This document shows, piece by piece, positions 25,301-37,676 of a stretch of 64,000 nt of DNA. The position numbers and the translations under genes are program-made. Source of the stretch: Hormiphora californensis (lineage: Eukaryota; Animalia; Ctenophora); NCBI GenBank assembly GCA_020137815.1, contig CM035354.1:4650001-4714000 (forward strand). Reading direction: 5' to 3'. Under the pieces are notes generated by a model, which was not told the origin of the DNA, searched no databases, and was given only the letters and a program-made list of their open reading frames with translations. Positions within the stretch are counted from its first letter, which is position 1; each line of letters begins with the position of its first letter.

Positions 25301-27075
25301 GTAGGAGCTTCCAGTGTAGGGGACCAATCCAAACCTATATTCTCCTGTTCTCTTGTTTTCAAGAAACACCACGACAGAACCATATCGACCACCAACCCTC
25401 GCATCCCTCTCATCGTGATGTCCAGCCTCGTTGTAAGCCATGGTCAGGTTAGTGAGCACCCACTCTGGACCCCTATCATTGGTACAGGACAGCCACAGAG
25501 CATCGTCAGCATCACAATCTCCGCTGGCAACGGATGCAGAACAAGCTCCAAGTTCTGTCGAGTTAGCGGTACAGTTGAGATCTTCCGCGATCACAGATAT
25601 ATCCCGATCTCGCATTGTGTCACAGTCGAGCTTGTCACTGCTGTTAACGTTCTTGGCGGCGTTGTAATCCACCAAATAGTCGTATCCAGCCTCGTGACAG
25701 AGAAGCGTGGCAGTCCTTGCGTCTACTCCGTCAGCACAGACTAGACCGCTGGTCTGGGTGCCATTCAGCACGACAGTACCGTTAGAAGATATGGCACCGT
25801 TCACCTTCTGCAACTCAACATCCATGCCTTGTAAATCCATCCCATCATCCTCCGTACTACAATGGAGCACTAATCCCTCACTGTAAGAGCAGTCGTGGTG
25901 GCCAATGGGGTTGTAGGTACAGTTATGCAGTTCTCGGGCACCAGGGATGCACTGCAAGTTATCCAAAGCGAACACCATGCCAAATCGATCCCTCCAACTG
26001 TTATAAGATATTCGATTATAGGAAAGCCCATTGTTCGACCATGATACCATGCTATTGAATCCAGCCGCTCGGCAGAGAAAATCGGCAGTGTTGTCATTCA
26101 TTCTATCGTCACATACCATTCCTGCTGTAAGGGTACCATTATCTTCTTGGACCCATACAATCAGAGTCCCCCACGAGACTCCAATTTGATCCTCTGAGTC
26201 AGTTAGTGTAGCATATGATATGTATGTATACGCGTGGGCGTGTCCTCCAAGGAGAAGAAGTGCTGCCGTAGTAGTCAGTAGTTGAGTGAACATGGCTTCA
26301 ATCGTTCCGGTAAATTAAACTAGCTTTGCAGTGACCTTTTATACTGCTAATAGGACGGTATAACGCTCTTCTCTCACCCGTGTGAGTGCCATCTGTTGGA
26401 TGGAAATTCTTTGTTGTTCGGGACATGTGGACTAACGCAGCTTATCGTTAATAGAGCCGATGGGAGATGCCTCCTCACTAAACTATTTATCTGCCCTCTA
26501 CTGGATGCAAGACTCAAACAAAGATTGATCTTTTCTCTATAGCATGTAAAACAAAAGGCCGGCACCATGAAAAACTAACTTCACAAAAGGTCATCACCTG
26601 ATATGCCCTTCCCTCTAGTCGAGCCCTTTGTTTTTATAGTAGTGCAGGTGATCACGTTGCTCACTCACATATTCATAAAGGACTCCCAGCATGCTGCAGC
26701 AGCTCTATAATATACGTGGATTATACGAGTTGGAGTATAGATGAGCTATTCGACTATAAGCTATTCGACTATAATAGTGGTGCTATTGATCAGCTGATGA
26801 TCATACGAGTAGCTCCGAAATTATCATACTACATGATTGTAACCTCACACAGATCTCCTTTGACTCGGTTCGGAGGGGGCAGTATTTCGGAAGACAATTT
26901 GGAGAGTGAAATATATTGGGGGAGTAGAGATATAGGCGGTGTCTACTGCCCAGTCAATTTTTCTTAGTTTTTAGTCACTAGATCACTCACCTGGCTTCCA
27001 TTTCCCATGCTTAGAGCGGAGTGAAGGTATTGTGCTTGATCTCCCAAGAAACTTAACAAATCCTGAAAATTTTAT

Positions 27076-27148
<73 letters not shown>

Positions 27149-28755
27149 GTACCACACAGAATTGTTTGGCATCGTTAAGTTGGTATGACGGTTGCTCGTT
27201 GTAAACACGAACAAAGATCTCCCCAAGAATCAACTCATCCTTGTGGGCAGAGAATACAAAACCGATGTCTCCAAATGCATCGTTCTGAAAACAATGAGTT
27301 TAGTTAAAAGTAATCCATGTGGTTGCCATGGTAACTACACCTGTTGCTATGGTAACTCACCCATTGCCATGGTAACACCCGTTGCCATGGTAACTACACC
27401 GACACGTGTTGCTATGGTAACTACACCGACACGCGTTGCCATGGTAACTACACCCGTTGCCATGGTAACACCCGTTGCCATGGTAACTACACCCATTGCC
27501 ATGGTACCTTCACCCGTTGCCATGGTAACTACACCGACACGCGTTGCCATGGTAACTACACCGACACGCGTTGCCATGGTAACTACACCGATCTCCATGG
27601 TACCTACACCCGTTGCCATGGTACCTACACCGATCTCCATGGTAACTACACCGATCTCCATGGTAACTAAACCGATCTCCATGGTAACTACACCGATCTC
27701 CATGGTAACCCACCTGATTACGTGACTCGGATTGTTCTTCCAGGTACTTGAGGAGTTCGCCTCTTGTTGAGACATCCCAAACAAAATAAGGGTTTTCCAC
27801 ATTACTGAGGGTGGTTATGAGGTTATTAGGTTCTGGAGACTAGTAGGGATTGGTTTGACTTTTGCCATCTTTATTCTATTGGTTCAGTTTATAATACAAG
27901 GTGGAGATACTACAAAGGATATGTCACCTGTTCAGTAGTTTAAGGATCTGTTTCGCATCAGGATCAGTCATTAGCCCCGCTATGTATGGCGTCAGCAGGC
28001 ACTGAAGGACTTTCCGTACAGCGGGGTTCTCGGGTGTATCCCCCATATAGCCGCCCAGCCGTGATATAGCGTATATGGCCTGTTTTGCCACTTTGTTGCT
28101 CATAGCCTGCTGGTTGGAATCCTCCGACACTTCCACTCCTCCTTCCTAGGGGCGGGGTGATGGTAGGTTGCAAGAACCGACCGAAACAAGTAAACAACCA
28201 ATCAGAACTCGTTATTTAGGTCACGTGACTGGTTATCAGCCAATCAGGGACCAGTATTTCCTGATTCGGTCGGTTCCTGGTTGGTTGGTGAGAGCGGTTG
28301 GTACTATTGCAGCCTTCCTAGGGGCTGACGGTTCACCAAGAAAGGCTGTATGGGGTGGTGATGGAACCTATATTATATGCGCTCAGGTGGATATGGTGTG
28401 GTGATATGATACACTAAATCACTATAATCACTATAATCACTATGAGGGGTCATGTGGCCTGATCTATGGAACCCTCACAAACTGTATGTTATAGTGTGAG
28501 TCACACATACCTCCAAAGTATAATCATAGTTAAAGAGATGGGGTAACATGGTCCAGAGGACACCGTTCTTCAGTAACTGCGTCTGGAGGATGAGGTCCAC
28601 CGCAAAGTTGAGGGTGGCGTCAATACAGGCGTCCACCAACTCAGGGAGATGGGAGTACCTCATCAGCCGGCAAACCTCTCCAACTACCCTCGGCATTTCA
28701 CTGATCTAAAGGAGGTGTATGTGTGAAGGGAGTGAGGGGGGAGAGATGGAGAGAT

Positions 28756-28841
<86 letters not shown>

Positions 28842-31800
28842 TGTGTGTGTGTAGGAAAGAAGAAGAAAGATAGAGAAAGAAGAGGGACACATAAAATGAT
28901 GAAGACAGAATATATCCCTACCTTGGCTCGAGCGGCCTCGAATGCAGCACTCTCACTAAAGCACCGTATAATGTGGGTGCAGACCCTGACGGGCATGTCC
29001 CCGGGTTTGCTACCAATTCCAAGAACAGTGGAGCACCGTTCCATGGCAGTTGCCAGGGTTTCCAATCCATCATCCCTTCTTAACTCCTCTGAAAACACAC
29101 AGTGATAGTAGTACGTGGTAATAGTACGTTATCATACAGTGGTAATAAACAATGGCTCAATATATAATGTTGCTGTAGACTTCATCGCAGGTGGTTTATT
29201 CAACTCTAACTACAGTTATGTTATAACGTAATAGCTATAGATGTACATAGATACCTATAAAGTAGTTCGTGGATATCAATGTAAACATACAGATTAAAAG
29301 TACTCAACAATAGGGTTGCTGTAACTTCAATGAACAAGTGTTTCACACTCACAGTTAGACTGATCAGCTTACTAAAGTTACGCTACACTATCGTCTACAA
29401 TGATACTAATACAGTACTATGAGTTAACTAGAGGTTAAAATACGTTACTATCAAATTTAATTCTAGGATCAGACATCAGGGATCAATGGTGGTTGCAGTA
29501 CATGAGTAATCAAATAGTAAACACGTAACCAGATGAGGGGGAGTAGCGATGGTAAGAACAGGGCTACCACAGGGAGATGTGTGCGACTGCAAGTAGGACT
29601 CGAGAGGACTTACCTGATCTACTTGTGAGGCATGGGTAACCGGAGTAGTTGTATAGGTGGAGAACCTGGGAGGGAGGGAGTGAAGAATTGGGTACCCGGC
29701 ATACTTGTATGGGTGGAGAACCTGGGAGAGAAGGGAGGGGAGATGAGCATGGGGTACCCGGCATATTTGTACGGGTGGAGAACCTGGGAGGGTGGGAGTG
29801 GAGATGATTATATGGGACATGGGGTACCCGGCATACTTGTACGGGTGGAGAACCTGGCAGGGAGGGAGGGAGTGGAGATGAGCATTGGTTTAAATAACGG
29901 GTAGGAATGAAGATGAGAGCGGGGGAGTACAGAAGGAATAAGGACGAACACTTTGTACAGCCAAGAATGATTGTTTTACCTCGCCATAACGTTTGAAAAG
30001 TATGCTCTGTGTCCGCAGAATAAGGTTTATATGGATGGGATTAGGTCCATTCTGGAATTCCTTATTTTTGGAGCAGAGGAACTCATATGCCTTGTTAACC
30101 GCCTCAAACATTTCCCTTCCATCTGGATTCTTGTCGGGATGGTACCTGGTAGAGATCAATTGTATAGTAACCATGGTAGCTCAAGAAGGTAACCATAGTA
30201 ACTCAAGAATGTAACCATGGTAACTCAAGAATGTAACCATGGTAACTCAAGAAGGTAACCATGGTAACTCAAGAAGGAAACCATGGTAGCTCAAGAAGGT
30301 AACCATGGTAGCTCAAGAAGGTAACCATGGTAGCTGAAAAAGGTAACCCTAGATTATGATCCATGATCTTACTTGGTGGCAAGTTTGAAGTATGCCTTCC
30401 TCACTACTTTCTCTTCAGGCGCATTCTCTCCATCGTCCAACTTCAGACCGAGTGTAGCCAGGGCATCACTTACAGAAATATCACTACCCTTCTTTTCACA
30501 CTCCTTCTTCCTGTGCAGGGATGTGTATCTTGTTACCATGGTAACTCTGAAGGGACAAGATAACAGTGATGTTACCATGTCGTTACCATGGTAACTCTGA
30601 AAGGTAATTATGTTGTTACCATGTTGTTACCATGTGGTTACCATAGTAACACACAACATACCAGTTCTCCAGACAATCCTTGAGCAGTTTGACGGGCTGG
30701 TCAATTGACCAATCAGGGAACTTGTCCTCGTTACACAGGTTCCGTAGGTAGTAGATGGAGCAGAACAATTCTTTATCAAGGGCTTCGTGGCCAATAGTGG
30801 GTATCGGTATGTACTGAAAAAAAATGGAGGGAGAGTTCATCACCCAAATAAGGACCCAAGGGAGATACCAAATAAGGACCGAAGGGTCACCAAATAAGGA
30901 CCGAATGGAGGGCAGGATGTGTACCTGGTACAGTGCACGTGTGTTGCACATGAGCCTCGGTTTAAAGTCCCCAAGATGTATTGCAATCTTTTGGATCATA
31001 GTTCGTCTCATCTCACTCGTCCAGATGGCCTCGGGGGTGTCAAATTCTCCCAGGAATATTTCACTGAACTTGGCAGGTCCGTGGTTCTCCAGGAAATATA
31101 TCATCGCCTGTGGGGAGAGGGGAAGATAACAGGAAATATATCATCGCCTGTGGAGAGAGGGGAAGGTAACAGGAAATATATCATCGCCTGTGGAGAGGTG
31201 ATTGGGAGTTGAACCTTTTGTTCAACAGAAAGATTGCCTCAATAGAGACCAAATATATCTGTAAACTCACACTGGGGAGTAGAGGTGAGAGGATACTATT
31301 GACAGCAGTGTCAGCACTGTCACTCTGTCTAAAGGCCTGTCTCAGATGGGTATTCTGAAGGAACGTCGCTATCGGCTTCACATTGCTGCCTGGGGAGTAA
31401 GATATATCAAGTACAGGGAGGATTAGAGCAAACTGAGGGTACATGAAAACCTCGACGAAGTATCTATCGTTTGGAACATTGTCTCTCTCCAGTCTCCACT
31501 GCACACTCTCTATCGATAGAGAGATAGCTATCCCTCCACTGACCTGTGTACATGAGTATGAAGTAGTAGACCCCCGTTTGATAGAGTCTAGGTAGTGCTG
31601 GATTATCTGCCATAATATTGTCTAACAGTATAGCAACTTTCTCTACTATCACCGGATCAAAGGTGAGTAACAGTTGGACAAGGTGTGGCAGACATGTCTC
31701 TGATAGGACCCTCTTTGACCGGGGAATGGGCCGAATAATACCTGGGGGACGAGGGGAGATGTTTGTTAGAAACACACTGTTTTGTGGATTCTGGGACTTG

Positions 31801-34800
31801 TCATCCAGTAAATATGTAGTTATTTGTTTCTTGTAACTAGGATAGCTAACTATTGTCTAGAGATTGTACCCTTACCCCCATCTTCCTCTCTGCTTGGGTA
31901 AAAGGAGCAGATATCAATCAACATATTCAGTACCAGGATGGCCAGATCGGTCTCATTCAGGAGAGCAGTTCCCCCGGAGCAGGGTAGACTCCATTTTAGC
32001 TGGGCCACCGACCTCAGGGGCCTCCAACCGTCCAGACCATGGGCCCAACACTTGGTACGTTCCGATAGGACACCCTCCTCCCAGAGATCACTCATCTAAT
32101 GAGATAAAGGGGGATATAGAAGTAGATGGAGAGAGAGTGTGAAAGAAGACGTAGAGACAGGGAGAGATAAAGGGGAAGTATGGTTTAAGTAATGCGGAGA
32201 TGGTAAAAAAGAGTAGTACCTCTCGGAGGCTGTATGGCCCAAATCGTTCCTTCTCCTTATTCCCATAGTACCATTCCTTCTCTTCGTGAATAGCACCAGT
32301 ACCCTCCAGGAACATACTCTGAAATATACCACGTGTTAGCGCTTGTTTCTATCAATGCAAAAGGATATGGGGGGGGGGGTGTTAAAACTCTCGGGAGAGT
32401 AAACATTGTTGAATCACCAAACCATGTGACTTGATAGTACAGACATACAACAACATCCTTGTTGTTCAACTCTTGTCACTAGGATAAAGGGGGGGGGGGG
32501 TCTACATGTGTATCTAATCTCTAACCTGGAAGGGTGTGGTAGCCCGGGAGGTATGGAGGTGAGCCAGGGTCACCAGATCAATCAGGACCTTCACTCCACC
32601 CGCATCCAGGAGGAGCTTCACGTTCTTCCTGTTCTTTAGTAGTGAGTGCATGAACTGCAGCAACCTATCTCGTTCCTACACAGGGGGGGGGTTGTAAAGA
32701 GTGGATTGGGTTGTGAGCTGCAGTTGCCGTGCGCATGAACCACTGTTAGGGGACATTACGAGCATGGGCATGAACCATGATTGTAATCTTCCGGCTCCCC
32801 GGACAGTGGTTTAGATAACAAGCACACTCTTAGTGATACCAGCTATGGCGATTGTATCCAGATCTTACAGCGCTGATGTGTAACGTACCTGCTTGTCACT
32901 GCACTTATCGAGCATATGCACAAGGTATCTTGTATCATTAAATGTTCCAATGTCCTCATGATACACTCTGTACACAACTGTCATGGCCTGAAATAATAAT
33001 ACAACGTTTAATTCAGACTGTGATGTTGGTCATTATTGATTGCTAAAATAGCTCAAATAGAAACAAAGTTAGTGGTTACACCAGTTACACACAAGGTTAC
33101 ACACCAGTTACACATGTTTACCTGTAGACACATGGCTCTCATTTGAACGGTTGTGGTTAGTAGAAACCGATGGTAGATATCGTTGAAGAACTCGTAGGGT
33201 TTGTGTATCTTGCTGATCTTGGTGTCTTCTTCCAGTAATAACCGGAGATAGTAATCACCTATCTTAACCTCACTCAACAAACTGTCATAGTGTACCTGTG
33301 TGCGTGTGTGTGTGTGAATCTGTTATACACATGTGTCATGTGCTAGTGCACGTTTCTGACTGGTACTATGACTGTCATAGTAACAGTCAGAAACTTCACA
33401 GTATGATAATTATACCACAAATGATTCACTGCTTTAGTAATATCTGCTCACCTCAAATTCGATATGGTTCCATGATATTTCATGTTTTCCTCCCAGCTCT
33501 TTATCAACGTTGAATGCCCGCAGCTCAGCGTCAAGCGCTTCTTTCAGCTCCTCTCGAGTCTTGTAATTCCAGATAAGAGCAGCAGTAGCATGGTCCTGAT
33601 AAAACCTGGAAGGAGGGGGAGGTACTAGACTAGTATAACTCGTAGCTAGTAAACATGTCAGGTTCAACCTGAGATGCTTGGGTGATATGAGATCAGCACC
33701 TGGAGAGCTGTTTTAGAGAGATCCAGGATCATAAAATGGACAACAATAAAGGGACCCTCATCTCGAATGATCCTACCTGGCATAGAAGAGAGCCCAGTTA
33801 AGCTCAATCTTCAGTTGCTCCCTTCTCCGTCTCAGCACCACGGGTCTATCATCCTCCTTGGGCTGCTCAGTCTCCAAACCCACCTGCACCCCTACACGCG
33901 TCTTCCAGTGCATGAGGGCACTCTCCAAATACTGGACGTTAATGGAGAACTTCTGGGATTTAACGAGGGTTTGGACCAGTTTTAGGTTGTCTCTGTTGTT
34001 CAACAGGTCCTTCTCTTCCTCAGATACTTCCTGGAATTAGTAGCATTAAAACACAACAAGTTATAGGGAGGAGGAGACAGGGACGCAAAGTTATTGGCCA
34101 TGTTGTCAGAACAACCATTACCTCATCTGACTGCAAGTAATTCAACAGTCCAATCGGTAGAATCCTTCTCAACAGGGATAAAGATGTTTTGTGACTTGCT
34201 GTCCACAGAGCAATAAGGTGTCTGGAGAGTTGTCGCATTGTCAGTTGTCTGCTATCAGTTGCCGGGGTTACCAAAGCAACTCTAAGATGCCGCAACACAG
34301 CACCCTCTGCCAGCGCTAACTCCTGCATCCTTAATGTTACCTCAGCGTTACCCTCCTCAATAATGGCCTTCATCAGGAGTCCAGCTCCCTTTTTAATTGA
34401 TAGTGATGGGTGGAGAAAGAGCCTGAACAAACACCTACCCAGACCTGGGAGAGGAGTCTTGATTAGTCAGTTCGAATATAATGTTAGTGACCAACATCAT
34501 TCGAACTGACTAACAGTATCAATCTTATCTTTCTCTATCTCACCTGCTAGCATCTCAAGAAGCATATCAAAGTGATTTGAGTCCGTTGTCTCACTGTACG
34601 GTGCACAGAGAGCATAGGAGAAGAAATCCAGCAGTGCATTAATAACCAGGGCCCCTGTTCCCTTGGTGATGTGGCACTTCAGTAAATCTACCAGTTTCTC
34701 CAGGAAGGCTTTAGTTGATAGTAGAGAGGCTTTGTTTAGCTGTTCTTGCCTTAGATCAAAGTTATCGTGCATCGGCTGCATCAGAGTGGCAATTAGATCT

Positions 34801-34856
34801 ACTGCAGCGTGGCTGACTCCGTCATTATCATGCTTGAAACTTCTTATTACCTAGGT

Positions 34857-34928
<72 letters not shown>

Positions 34929-34929
34929 C

Positions 34930-35015
<86 letters not shown>

Positions 35016-36628
35016 TAGTTCAACTAATCGTACCTTTAACCCTAGTTTCTCTCTAAACCCAGGGAGATTGGTGAAGGTAGAGAACCCCGCTTTAGAAGCA
35101 ACCAACCTCCGCATCGCATGGAAATTAGCCTCTATTTCCTTGACAGATGAACACTGAAAAAGGTTTGAGTAAAACAATCTGTAGTTCATTATTACGTCAC
35201 TATAGGTTTAAAAACGAGGATCTAAGCTATGATTATGAAGTCACGTTACCAATCTCAATCTATATCGGCACCCACCTCAGCTAGAACGAGTGCCTGTAGT
35301 GCATTGTTGATTAGTCTCTCCTTGTTCTCTGCAAACAGTCTCTCCTCCGTTACCGCGTGTGACAGGCCACTGTAACTAACATTTGTGTTAAAGAACCGGG
35401 TCGCTTCACTAAGAGGTTGAGTGGTGTCTTTCTTCGTCATCGCCTCCGCCAGGAGCTTCAGACACGTGCTCTCTATATCCTGGGGAGGGGTTCAAACTAA
35501 CAGTGAACAAACATTAAGGATAGCAGATAAATTATGAAAGATAATTACTGTTACTATGGTAACCACATCGTTGCTATAGCAGCAGTATAATACCTCTTCA
35601 ACAGGAGTAAAGAGGGGTCCAATCCGTGCACCCATATTAGTCGGAGCACTCTGTACACACACGTCCTTGTTACTATTACCCCTTGCACCATCCAGCACAC
35701 TCGCTAACAGGGCATCCCTGTCATGCGAGGTATAGGAAACCTTCTCCAGATTAGAAAACTCAATTGTCAAATGTTGGGGGTCCTCAACGTGCCTGACAAG
35801 CGCCCAAATCTCTGCTAGAGGGTATACCGCACAAACATTGTATGTGCTTGGTTCCCGCTCAATCACACACGACTCAGAGAGACACATGATCCGTGGTGTG
35901 CCTGATCTGGTCACATTGAACTCCGCTAGAGAGGTGAGAGACTGATCATCACTAAATGAACCCCACCTACCCACCCCGTAATCCTGTTGAGATACCACCT
36001 TCTTGTTGGTATTTACCACTATCCCCATACCCTTCAGGGCCTCCTGTTCAACACTCTGTAACAGGGTGTCCAACTGGGTACACCCAAATAAGGACATCTG
36101 CCCATAACTACCATGTATCAACACAAATCCTCCCGGGTAATCCTGGACCTTAGCAACCGCCTGGATGTCTTTATAAAAGTAAAACCTCCTAATCTTCCCT
36201 GAAACAGCTCTCTCTTCAATGCCACAGGGTGTGATTGAGAGAGCCACCTCCTGCCTGTGATCTGTTTCATCAATAACCACACACCGGTAGGTAGGGAAGG
36301 TGAGAGTACTGGCGTTACTGAACTTCCGGCATTGTTGTAGTGTGTAGGTTAGCAGCTCCAACCTATACTCGCAACTAAATGTCATGTCTGTAAAGGCCGG
36401 TTTTCCCGGGTTCTTCCGGACCATTAGTTTGAACTCATTGCTTGATTTAGGGTTTGGTTGGATGCCCGATATGTCCGAGTAGGGCCATTGGTTTGTTAGT
36501 TCTGAGGAGCCAGGATTGTATGTTGAGATGGCATCTGTACCCACAGAGAACACTCTCTTGTACTTCCCTCTCCAGCTGTGTTTGGTGGTGTAGAAACTAA
36601 CCAGGTCCGCATTGCCACCTCCTCCCAT
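19311..36628 (-). CDS. DNAJC13: RME-8 / DnaJ homolog subfamily C member 13, multi-exon
   Basis: N-terminus [21 protein letters not shown] repeats ([40 protein letters not shown]), J-domain [15 protein letters not shown]-terminus [10 protein letters not shown]...AGYLT. One expected segment near 29100-29620 is garbled or missing. Confidence 0.95.
20371..21522 (+). mobile_element. ORF1-only non-LTR retroelement inserted antisense in a DNAJC13 intron; ORF about 20401-21396
   Basis: Coiled coil followed by NLMIFGLPE...RVG...RPVRVTL...[12 protein letters not shown], the RRM/CTD pattern of LINE ORF1 proteins. Short 3' UTR ends in an A-run at about 21515-21522. It interrupts a GGTTACTA 12-bp minisatellite, and no RT ORF follows. 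Confidence 0.75.
21523..21675. repeat. 12-bp GGTTACTA minisatellite (continues at 20292-20370 on the other side of the ORF1 element)
   Basis: Direct tandem units such as aaggtggttact and aggatggttact. Confidence 0.9.
22891..23948 (-). repeat. 35-bp minisatellite made of the DNAJC13 exon end plus splice donor, more than 20 copies
   Basis: The unit on the minus strand is GTACGTGGTTTCTGTCTAG-CGGCGCACAGGCAAAG. The real exon ends ...GCACAGGCAAAG|GTACGTGG at about 23937. Confidence 0.92.
23463..23690. mobile_element. Small insertion within the 35-bp array carrying a perfect 28-bp-arm hairpin
   Basis: CCAGTTGCAGATTGGAGGCTGGCGCCAG-ttt-CTGGCGCCAGCCTCCAATCTGCAACTGG. Short inverted ends tccagtt / aactgga. 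Confidence 0.6.
24706..25062 (-). repeat. 24-bp tandem repeat, about 15 copies, starting at the SRCR stop codon
   Basis: Plus-strand unit ACTCCACCATCTAGCAGTTTAGCC. The first unit overlaps the final codons TGC TAG. Confidence 0.92.
25055..26293 (-). CDS. Secreted multi-SRCR (scavenger receptor cysteine-rich) protein, single exon, nested in a DNAJC13 intron
   Basis: 412 aa with a signal peptide ([21 protein letters not shown]). Two clear SRCR-like domains (GMVCDD...[10 protein letters not shown]...LDNLQC...LHNC...[12 protein letters not shown]; GLVCAD...LLCHEAGY...DLNC...DALWLSC) and a third divergent one. No transmembrane segment. Confidence 0.85.
   Translation of the reverse strand: MFTQLLTTTAALLLLGGHAHAYTYISYATLTDSEDQIGVSWGTLIVWVQEDNGTLTAGMVCDDRMNDNTADFLCRAAGFNSMVSWSNNGLSYNRISYNSWRDRFGMVFALDNLQCIPGARELHNCTYNPIGHHDCSYSEGLVLHCSTEDDGMDLQGMDVELQKVNGAISSNGTVVLNGTQTSGLVCADGVDARTATLLCHEAGYDYLVDYNAAKNVNSSDKLDCDTMRDRDISVIAEDLNCTANSTELGACSASVASGDCDADDALWLSCTNDRGPEWVLTNLTMAYNEAGHHDERDARVGGRYGSVVVFLENKRTGEYRFGLVPYTGSSYTRSSMCYMTGYKNRYPVYRRTGQIQDNANIKLSCGYLLEHEISVVLSYFWCPGYYQNLSECEFTLADDHVPSNSDAMYLHC
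26336..26344 (-). promoter_or_regulatory. TATA box upstream of the nested SRCR gene
   Basis: Minus strand TATAAAAGG about 45 nt upstream of the ATG at 26293. Confidence 0.5.
27321..27710. repeat. Minisatellite of palindromic GTTGCCATGGTAAC cores, about 18 units of 18-27 bp
   Basis: Seen directly and fills most of a DNAJC13 intron. Related arrays occur at 11101-11205, 30165-30350 and 30530-30650. Confidence 0.9.
28171..28279. mobile_element. 109-bp MITE in a DNAJC13 intron
   Basis: TIRs CAAGAACCGACCGAA / TTCGGTCGGTTCCTG, GTTG duplicated on both flanks, internal CCAATCAG twice and GTCACGTGAC. Confidence 0.8.
34856..35013. repeat. (TTAG)n microsatellite
   Basis: About 39 tandem TTAG units in a DNAJC13 intron. 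Confidence 0.95.
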
Positions 36629-37676
36629 GGAGCCAAACCTGCAGAGAGGGAGGGGGTTGGAAGAGAAGTGATAGAGGGGAAGGCGAGGGAGAAAGTAAAA
36701 TGATAGAGGTTGGTAACATCAGGGAGGGGGTAGAGGAGGGGTTTTAGAAGAAGAGAAACTAGAAAGAGGTCAATAGATATGGAACAAATGAGAGAAATCA
36801 AATTCATTGTGGTAGGACAATTTTAGGGAACATCTATCAGTTGCCATGTGGTAATTTGATACGATACACGGGAATCACACCACTACTACGACAGTGTATT
36901 TCTTGGTACATACATCCTTTTTCTCTCTTACCGGTCCCCCTTAGACATGTAATGAGTGAGCAAGAATCTGAAAACCTGCAGTGAAAGAATGTACCAGGTG
37001 TGGAAAGAGCTAGAATACTGTGCAGCAGTAGTAGCAGTGGGGGGATACTGGCAGAGAAATTGTAGAAAGGAGGAGACGTGAGATAAGTGATAACGGATAG
37101 AAACCAGTAGGAAGGTGGGGTAAATATTTACGGGGTAGTTCATGTAATCACAATATGTGATATACATAACCCCATGAGGGCCGAGGGGTTACTACTGCTG
37201 CTGCAGCTGCCCCGAGATAGAGATGGCGGAAGGGAAGGCGATAGGCGGATGGGTTGGTACGTGCCGCGCGCAATCTCTCCCCGGTCCTCGCAGCGATGTC
37301 ACCGCGCGTTACAAACAAGCTACACTGAGTGCGTCAAAGGTAAAACTAATAGACACACTCGGAGGAGGAGGATAGTGCCCTGATTTTCGAGGAAAACACT
37401 GTCACATGATAAACACACTGGCTGAATAGGGAATTAACAGATTTAGGTAACTCACCTTTCCCCCGGGTTTTAGGTGATCATATATGCTAGATAGAAGGGA
37501 GAGGATGGGTTAGATTGGTACACTAATTAGACTACATTGTATCACGAAGAGAGAGAGTGTATTACAAATAGATGATATCATGGTAAAATAGTAAGAGATA
37601 CATTTAAAAACGGTGTACTAATACAACTGAAATATGAGATATAATATGTCAAGTGTTATAATATCTTGTTCCTACT

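Noticed and set aside
25094-25744. 216-aa plus-strand ORF
   Set aside because: Antisense shadow of the SRCR coding sequence with no recognisable features.
27192-27802. VAMVT / TMATG repeat ORFs on both strands
   Set aside because: Translations of an intronic minisatellite whose unit lengths are multiples of three.
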